Part shown: positions 58,190 to 64,000 of the stretch, piece after piece
Layout: the number at the start of each line of letters is the position of its first letter
How positions within the stretch are numbered: the first letter of the stretch is position 1
Origin: an uncultured Candidatus Saccharibacteria bacterium
GTDB lineage: Bacteria; Patescibacteriota; Minisyncoccia; Phycocordibacterales; CAIZLB01
Direction of reading: 5' to 3'
Length of the DNA stretch: 64,000 nt
NCBI GenBank assembly: GCA_964417855.1
Contig: CAYQJB010000001.1
Coordinates: forward strand, 166,709 to 230,708
Notes under the pieces: model-generated
Databases searched by the model: none
The model's input: only the letters and a program-made list of their open reading frames with translations
Told to the model about the DNA's origin: nothing
Translations under genes and position numbers: made by a program

Positions 58190-58663
58190 TCAGTTTCTTA
58201 TAATAGCTGAACATGCCAAACCGCAAGCTATTGCATCATATTCATCATCGGTTGCTTTCTTGTCCATCTTCAAAATCATCTGAACCATTTTGATCATTTG
58301 ATGTTTATCGCTCTTTCCGTCACCTGTAACTGCAACCTTAATTTCCATTGGGTTAATTTCTTTTATTTTAAGATTATTGTTTGACGCAATATAAATTATT
58401 GCCCCTCGTGTTTCAGCAACCCTCATTGCTGTCTTTGTGTTTTTACTGAAAAATAAAGTTTCTATGGCTAAAACAAAAGGTTTGTGTGTAGATATTAAGT
58501 TTTCAATTTTGTTTCCCACCAGAAGTAGTCTCTCTTCAAATGGAAGTTTGGCGTCTGTTTTAAAACATTCAGAATGAAGAAGTTCTTCTTTTTTACCCTG
58601 CTCCCTGTTAATAATAGCAATACCTAATCTTTCATATCCGGGGTCTATAGATAGTATTTTCAT
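58190..58663 (-). CDS. ruvC: Holliday junction resolvase RuvC
   Basis: ILSIDPGYERLGIAI...AIETLFF...DAIACGLA with catalytic acidic residues. Confidence 0.9.
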   Translation of the reverse strand: MKILSIDPGYERLGIAIINREQGKKEELLHSECFKTDAKLPFEERLLLVGNKIENLISTHKPFVLAIETLFFSKNTKTAMRVAETRGAIIYIASNNNLKIKEINPMEIKVAVTGDGKSDKHQMIKMVQMILKMDKKATDDEYDAIACGLACSAIIRN

Positions 58664-58669
58664 TTTAAA

Positions 58670-59719
58670 CTAAGTAAATTTAATTTGCCTTTCAGTAGGA
58701 TAATCTTTTCCTAAGTGAGCATAACCCTGTTGTGTAACCACACGGCCTCTTGGGGTTCTTTCTATAAAACCAAGTTGTATTAAGTATGGTTCACTAAATT
58801 CTTCAATTGTAGCCTCGTCCTCTGAAAGGGAAGCAGAAATTGTACCTAACCCAACCGGTCCGCCTTCATATTTGTCAACAATTGTTGAAAGAATAGACCT
58901 GTCCATAGCCGTTAGACCTCTATTGTCTATAGAAAGCAAGGTAAGTGCTTCCTCAACAACCTCTTTTGTTAATTGTTTTTTGAGAACCTGAGCATAATCC
59001 CTACATCTTTTTAATAAGTAATTAGCTGTACGAGGTGTAGAGCGGCTTCTTTTTGAAATTTCTGCAATTGCCCCAGAATCTATACTCATATTAAGTATTT
59101 TTGCAGATCTTGAGATAATTTTACCTATTTCATCCTCAGTATAGAACTCAAGTCGGAAAACACCACCTGAAAACCTAGACCTAAGAGGGGAGGATATCAT
59201 TGCGACTCTTGTTGTAGCAGAAATTAATGTAAAAGGAGGCAGGTCTAATTGTATTGTCCTTGCGGAGGGGCCTTTTCCAATAATAATGTCAATTTGGCCT
59301 GATTCCATAGCTGGGTACAATACTTCTTCCACGGTTTTGTTTAATCTGTGGATCTCATCAATAAAAAGAATGTCTCCAGGGGACAGGTTTGTTAGTACAG
59401 AAGCGAGGTCTCCCACACGCTCTATTACAGGCCCAGAAGTAACCTTTATTTGAGACCCTGTCTCTTTAGCTATAAGATGGGCCATTGTGGTCTTACCAAG
59501 TCCTGGAGGGCCGTAAAACAACAAGTGTTCTGGTGGGTGATTCCTTTCTTTTGCTGCTGTGAGTAGTATTTTAAGGTTGTTCTTTATTTGTTCTTGTCCA
59601 ATATACTCATCGAAATTGTTAGGTCTTAGTTCTTGGTCAAGCACTTTATCACCCGTTTTTTCAAGGGTTTCATCTGTTACAGGTTCATCTATATGGGTTA
59701 TATTAAAATCTTGAGACAT
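58670..59719 (-). CDS. ruvB: Holliday junction branch-migration helicase RuvB
   Basis: Walker A LLFYGPPGLGKTT; Walker B ILFIDEIHRL; winged-helix C-terminus. Confidence 0.92.
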   Translation of the reverse strand: MSQDFNITHIDEPVTDETLEKTGDKVLDQELRPNNFDEYIGQEQIKNNLKILLTAAKERNHPPEHLLFYGPPGLGKTTMAHLIAKETGSQIKVTSGPVIERVGDLASVLTNLSPGDILFIDEIHRLNKTVEEVLYPAMESGQIDIIIGKGPSARTIQLDLPPFTLISATTRVAMISSPLRSRFSGGVFRLEFYTEDEIGKIISRSAKILNMSIDSGAIAEISKRSRSTPRTANYLLKRCRDYAQVLKKQLTKEVVEEALTLLSIDNRGLTAMDRSILSTIVDKYEGGPVGLGTISASLSEDEATIEEFSEPYLIQLGFIERTPRGRVVTQQGYAHLGKDYPTERQIKFT

Positions 59720-59770
59720 TGTGTTTTTTTCTTACCCATTTTAACCCCTAATTGGGATAATAACCGCTTG

Positions 59771-59805
59771 ACAGAAAAAAATAAGTATGCTACGATACTT
59801 AGGTA
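59771..59805 (+). promoter_or_regulatory. Candidate sigma70-like promoter driving a plus-strand non-coding transcript
   Basis: Consensus -35 TTGACA (59771-59776), a 17-nt spacer, then TACGAT. No plus-strand ORF lies downstream. Confidence 0.35.
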
Positions 59806-59916
59806 AACGAAATGCACTTGCCACACGGTTGTGGAAGATGTAAAATAGATTTTTGTAATCAGTTGATTCAAATAAGAAGAGATTTATTCCCGTGTTCACA
59901 TGAACTAAACGGCTCC

Positions 59917-60085
59917 TTAAATCTCTAAGCGATACAACCTTCGCGGGTCTATCGGTTTTTCTTAAAGGACGTTCTGGTGCGGGCTTTATGCCACGTTCCT
60001 GGTGCTATCCTTAAAGAACTATCGGGCTTTAGGTCTTAGGACTTAAAGCATCGCTTAGAGATTTAAAGTGCTGTTTTTTTATACC
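59917..60085 (+). ncRNA. Candidate structured non-coding element (unclassified): 17-bp perfect inverted repeat enclosing 116 nt, followed by a T-run
   Basis: TTAAATCTCTAAGCGAT (59917-59933) pairs perfectly with ATCGCTTAGAGATTTAA (60050-60066). The interior has internal CTATCGG / CTTAAAGG / CTGGTGC motifs in mirror order; downstream is GTGCTGTTTTTTT. Relatively GC-rich within an AT-rich spacer. Confidence 0.3.
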
Positions 60086-60246
60086 TCAATTTTGATGTGC
60101 TTATATTTTTGAATAAGCTACCTCTGTATTACAACTGTGTTTCAAAATCGATAAGGTAACAATACCTGCGAGGCCACATGAAGTCAACGGACATGTACAC
60201 AGTTTTGATTTTCATAAGTTATTTCTCAGGCTGTCAAATGAAACCA

Positions 60247-60280
60247 ACAAAAAAGACTTGCATTGCAAGTCTTTTTTGTT
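60247..60280. terminator. Bidirectional rho-independent terminator
   Basis: AAAAAAGACTTGCA-T-TGCAAGTCTTTTTT is a perfect 10-bp stem with A- and T-runs. Confidence 0.75.
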
Positions 60281-60322
60281 GGTTGAAATCAGGAGGGTGG
60301 TTTATATAATCAAATATTCTTT

Positions 60323-62032
60323 CTATTTTTCCTCCTCAATATAATCATCTTTTGTTAAGTCTATAACTCTCTCTAATTCTTCAAAAGAAGTTTGCCCTTG
60401 TAAAACTTTTACTACACCATCTTGTCTCATGTCCATAAAGCCTTGTTTTTTTGCAACAGCCCTAATCTCTCTTTCACTTGGGTTCTCTCTAACAATCTTT
60501 TCAATAGAAGCGTCTGTTAATATTAATTCATGAATACCAACTCTATCTGCATACCCAGTGTTGTTGCAGGCAACGCACCCAACAGGAACATATATTTCAG
60601 TTGGTTTTTCAGGGAACTCTTTTGCTTCTTCCATGTCTTTGATTGAATCAAGAACATCGTCAACCAAAGCTATTCTTTCAGGTGGTATTGGCATCTTCTT
60701 TTTGCATTTTTCACAAAGCACTCTAACAAGACGTTGAGCAATAGCGGCATGAATAGCCGATGTTAATGTTTTTGGATCAGCACCAAGATCTATTAGTCTA
60801 GTAAATGTTCCTGCGGCATTGTTTGTGTGGAGTGTTGAGAACACAAGGTGTCCTGTTAGTGCGGCGTTAATGGCAGTAACGGCTGTTTCGGCGTCTCTGA
60901 TTTCTCCAACCATTATAATGTCTGGGTCTTGTCTCATTGCAGATTTTAAACCAGCCTGAAACGTATAACCTTTGGCATCTTCAACTTGTGTTTGAACAAT
61001 TCCAGGAAGGTGATATTCAACAGGGTCTTCAATTGTAATAATCTTATATTCAGGACTTGATACCTCTCTTAAAAAGGCATAAAGAGTTGTTGTTTTTCCA
61101 GAACCAGTTGGTCCTGTTGTTAAAATTAAACCATTTGGTCTAGCAATTTCTTTTCTAATTGCTGCTAAAAAACGCTTTGTCATTCCTAATTTATCCATAG
61201 TAACCATAATAGATTCTGGATTTAGAATACGCATAACCACAGACTCACCATATGAACCAGGGATTGTTGATGTTCTAATTTCTATGTCACTTCCCTTAAG
61301 TTTAACTGTAAATCTTCCGTCTTGAGCATTTTCTTTAACGTTTAATTTTAATCCAGACAAAAGTTTTAAGCGTGAGAGCATAAGGTTGTATGTGTCCTTG
61401 TCGAATTCTGCAACAGTGGTCAAAACACCATCAATTCTATAACGCAGTCTGGAATTAAATTCTCCAGCCTCCATGTGAACATCGGATGATTTTGTAGAAA
61501 GAGCTCCAGCCATCATAATAGAAAGCATTTTTGAAACACGGTGAGTTTTCTTCATTTCAAGAGCTTCTTTTATCCAAGTTGCAATATCCTCTAGTTTTTT
61601 TGTTCTCTCAACCAAAGATTCAATTTCCTCACTTGAAATATCTAATGATCCAGCCTCAGTTTGAGCCGCAAAAGAAAGGTCTTTATATCTTTCCCATGCC
61701 TTTTCTAAACTATGTGTTGATGCGATAAAAAGTGTTACTTGATAACCCTTTCTACCCAGATTATCTAGTACATCCTTTGTTTCAATACTATCTGGGGAGT
61801 GAACAGCTAAAGATATTTTAGTACCAATTATATCAAACACTGCGGTTTGGCTTGATTTTGCAACCTCCTCCTCTATCATTTTTAAACCATCTGAGTTAAT
61901 TGGAACAGTTGTTAGGTCAATGTAGGTAAGATTGTATTTATCCGCCAACATTTGCATAGAAGCTTCTTCTTCATCAATAAGAAGTTGTTTCATTCTTGTG
62001 TCTTGTTTTTCTTCATCAAATTGAATTGTCAT
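60323..62032 (-). CDS. Second GspE/PilB-family secretion/pilus ATPase (paralogue)
   Basis: T2SSE_N-like N-domain; Walker A LILTTGPTGSGKTTTLY; CVACNNTGY zinc-binding-type CxxC. 569 aa, clearly distinct from the PilB at 8824..10608. Confidence 0.8.
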   Translation of the reverse strand: MTIQFDEEKQDTRMKQLLIDEEEASMQMLADKYNLTYIDLTTVPINSDGLKMIEEEVAKSSQTAVFDIIGTKISLAVHSPDSIETKDVLDNLGRKGYQVTLFIASTHSLEKAWERYKDLSFAAQTEAGSLDISSEEIESLVERTKKLEDIATWIKEALEMKKTHRVSKMLSIMMAGALSTKSSDVHMEAGEFNSRLRYRIDGVLTTVAEFDKDTYNLMLSRLKLLSGLKLNVKENAQDGRFTVKLKGSDIEIRTSTIPGSYGESVVMRILNPESIMVTMDKLGMTKRFLAAIRKEIARPNGLILTTGPTGSGKTTTLYAFLREVSSPEYKIITIEDPVEYHLPGIVQTQVEDAKGYTFQAGLKSAMRQDPDIIMVGEIRDAETAVTAINAALTGHLVFSTLHTNNAAGTFTRLIDLGADPKTLTSAIHAAIAQRLVRVLCEKCKKKMPIPPERIALVDDVLDSIKDMEEAKEFPEKPTEIYVPVGCVACNNTGYADRVGIHELILTDASIEKIVRENPSEREIRAVAKKQGFMDMRQDGVVKVLQGQTSFEELERVIDLTKDDYIEEEK

Positions 62033-62205
62033 AGCATTATTTTATACTGTTTTTAGGTATTGTGCCACAAATAATTTGCATAATCCATTTTGTAAACAAG
62101 ATTACATCCTAAAATCAACATTGTTTGACGAAAGATGTTGACGAGGATACAATTATTGTATTCCTATCGTTATTTAATACGGTATTTAAAAATAATAAAA
62201 CAATT

Positions 62206-63552
62206 ATGACTGAAAGACCGTTACCACCTGAGGGTTTACCGACAATACCAAACCGGGCAAGTGAAGCTGTGATTGACGTTGATACTGAGGTGGAAGTCTT
62301 AGAGTCGGAAACAGAAGAGCCTACGACACCAGAGATAAACGAACCCGCAGCTGAACCATTGGACAGCCCAGAAGGTATTCCTGTACAAACAGAAGTGACG
62401 GAGAGAGAAAGTGGTTGGTTCAAAAGTCAAATTAATAAACTGGGTAAAAGAATGGGTTGGGCTGAAGATATTATTACTTATGTAAAACTAAATATTGCAG
62501 ACAAACTTTCAATGGAGAAAGAAAGTTCATCTGAGGACAAGTTGATATCTAAAAAAAGGGATGAAATTTCAAGAATCGAAGAAAAAATAAAAAAGATAAT
62601 CGTTGAAGATAAAAGAAAACAGGAAAATATTGAAAAAATAGATAGATTGATTGAAGAAGCTCAAAGAACCTTAAATAGTGAGCTGGAAGCCGCACATCTA
62701 AGAGAAAAAGAAAGGTTGCCTAAAGTTGGGGAAAAGAGGGGTCAGCTTGAGGAAGAAAAAAAATTCTTAACTGGTCAACTAGAAAGATTTGGAGAGAGAA
62801 AGGTTGGAGTACTTGATAAGTTTGTAGACAGAATAGAGCTTAAAACAGAGGGAATTAGACAAAGAGAGGGTTATCAAGAAAATATAAATAAACGTCTTGA
62901 GGCGAACAAGGAGATTGAGAAAATGATGGGTGTGGTAAGCGAAACGGAGAGTCAAATAACTGATATTAGAAAAAAATTAGAAGAAACCAAAGACAAGAAA
63001 GAAAGGGATATATTAAAGAAATCACTGGGAGATAGTGAGAAAGCACTAAGTAAGGCTAAAACAGCTTATAAAAAAGCTGAAACATCGAGACAAAAACTAA
63101 CAAAATCTATAGAACGTACTGATAGTAGGACAGACAGGTTTGACGCACTCAGAGACAGGTATGCAAAAAGAAGCAATATAGAAAAAAGAGCTTGGCAGCG
63201 CCTTTTTGCGAAAGGTGAGGGTTCTGGCACAGAGAATCTTAGTGAAGAGGAAAAGGAATTCAAAAAAATCAATGATGATGTAAAAGAACTTGGTGTGTTA
63301 ACAGAAAAATTGGGTAAGAAAAACCATCCTAAAATTCAAAAAATTCTAGAAAACATAAATGCCTCTTTGATAAAGGTTTTGAACATGGATTTCTTGGAAG
63401 AGAAACAGAAAGATATTTTTGAAAACTCAGTATCGCAAATTGAAGGTTTTTTGAATCATATTAAAGGAGAAAAAGGGGCAATTACAAACGATATGTTCTA
63501 TATAATTAAAAAATTCCAAAAAAATATTAGAAAAAGAATAATTACTAAATAA
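62206..63552 (+). CDS. Long K/E-rich coiled-coil protein with acidic Pro-rich N-terminus
   Basis: Probable start at MTERPLPPEG; the track ORF starts at a TTG at 62125. Approximately 350 aa of heptad-like charged repeats; divergent from the PilB paralogue. Confidence 0.4.
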   Translation: MTERPLPPEGLPTIPNRASEAVIDVDTEVEVLESETEEPTTPEINEPAAEPLDSPEGIPVQTEVTERESGWFKSQINKLGKRMGWAEDIITYVKLNIADKLSMEKESSSEDKLISKKRDEISRIEEKIKKIIVEDKRKQENIEKIDRLIEEAQRTLNSELEAAHLREKERLPKVGEKRGQLEEEKKFLTGQLERFGERKVGVLDKFVDRIELKTEGIRQREGYQENINKRLEANKEIEKMMGVVSETESQITDIRKKLEETKDKKERDILKKSLGDSEKALSKAKTAYKKAETSRQKLTKSIERTDSRTDRFDALRDRYAKRSNIEKRAWQRLFAKGEGSGTENLSEEEKEFKKINDDVKELGVLTEKLGKKNHPKIQKILENINASLIKVLNMDFLEEKQKDIFENSVSQIEGFLNHIKGEKGAITNDMFYIIKKFQKNIRKRIITK

Positions 63553-63553
63553 A

Positions 63554-63862
63554 ATGAATGCAACACCAAACGACAACATAATCCCTGATGATGTAGGAGG
63601 AATCAGTAATCTTCATGGAGAAGAACTCGAAAATTATCTCAAACAAAAATTAGATGAATTCAATGAAAAGATAGACGCAAGCGAGGCTGCTTTAGAAAAA
63701 ATGAATGATTATGTCGAAAGTGGTACCTTGATCGATGAACAAAAAACATACGATGAGGATACGGATGATATTTTGGAAATAGAGGATCAGCTTGATACAG
63801 ATCTAAATAATGCTGTGTTGGATTTAGCTACAGAGGATAGGGTTTTGAAGGATATAGAATAA
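63554..63862 (+). CDS. Small acidic protein
   Basis: 102 aa, D/E-rich; start is immediately adjacent to the upstream stop. Confidence 0.3.
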   Translation: MNATPNDNIIPDDVGGISNLHGEELENYLKQKLDEFNEKIDASEAALEKMNDYVESGTLIDEQKTYDEDTDDILEIEDQLDTDLNNAVLDLATEDRVLKDIE

Positions 63863-64000
63863 AAGTAGTGGTATAATGTAAGTATCTTATAAAATAATTA
63901 AATGAAATATGTTTGAATTTTTTAAACACAGTAATGTTGGCAAACCAGAATCAGAAACAGTTAGCTTTTCAGAAGTTATCAAAGAAACCCCCACAGAGGC

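Noticed and set aside
59917-60085. Assignment of the structured element to SRP RNA, RNase P RNA, tmRNA or 6S RNA
   Set aside because: I could not find the conserved SRP domain IV (GGAA...AGCAGCC), RNase P P4 (AGGAAAGTCC) or tmRNA tag/tRNA-like motifs by eye. It is left as unclassified; an Infernal scan is needed.
1-64000. CRISPR arrays, rRNA genes, IS transposases, alternative genetic code
   Set aside because: No regularly spaced direct repeats, no rRNA-like conserved stretches and no transposase-like ORFs were found. Long ORFs terminate at TAA/TAG/TGA without in-frame stops, so the standard code (table 11) fits.

Overview
This is a low-GC (roughly one-third G+C by eye) chromosomal segment read in the standard genetic code. 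It is most consistent with a small-genome Patescibacteria/CPR-type bacterium; this placement is an inference from gene content and protein idiosyncrasies and was not tested. The window spans the chromosomal replication origin, organised as rpmH-rnpA-yidC (minus) | dnaA-dnaN-DUF721/DciA-like (plus). DnaA boxes (TTATCCACA) are over-represented: six perfect 9-mers plus several near-boxes, six times my rough chance expectation, and they include a remote four-box cluster at 23.76-23.89 kb. Housekeeping content includes recJ (partial), HIT, pgk-tpiA, nusA, ppa, a short trigger factor, rsmE, clpP, rny, hup, four CCA-less tRNAs next to a CCA-adding enzyme, xth, a Xer-family recombinase, rpsO, comM, uvrD/pcrA, ksgA, PBP1A and ruvCB. 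Two surface/secretion systems stand out. The first is a type IV pilus operon at 4.8-10.6 kb (PilB, PilC, three prepilin-type pilins, a PilX-like protein) with an upstream ABC exporter; a second isolated PilB-like ATPase lies at 60.3-62.0 kb and no PilT is seen. The second is a ~13 kb Gram-positive-type (MPF-FATA/Prg-Tcp-like) type IV secretion-like cluster at 37.1-50.5 kb, directly abutting the origin. It encodes a secreted lytic transglycosylase, a VirB6/TcpH-like polytopic protein, a PrgI/VirB3-like protein, a VirB4 ATPase split into two ORFs, candidate pilin-like and secreted proteins, and no coupling protein or relaxase in the window. Other items are a recurrent TGTCCTTTAT motif (five copies, four in a 490-bp ORF-free region), a candidate structured RNA or MITE-like element with a 17-bp perfect inverted repeat at 59.9-60.07 kb, several rho-independent terminators and sigma70-like promoters. 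No CRISPR array, rRNA or clear IS element was seen.
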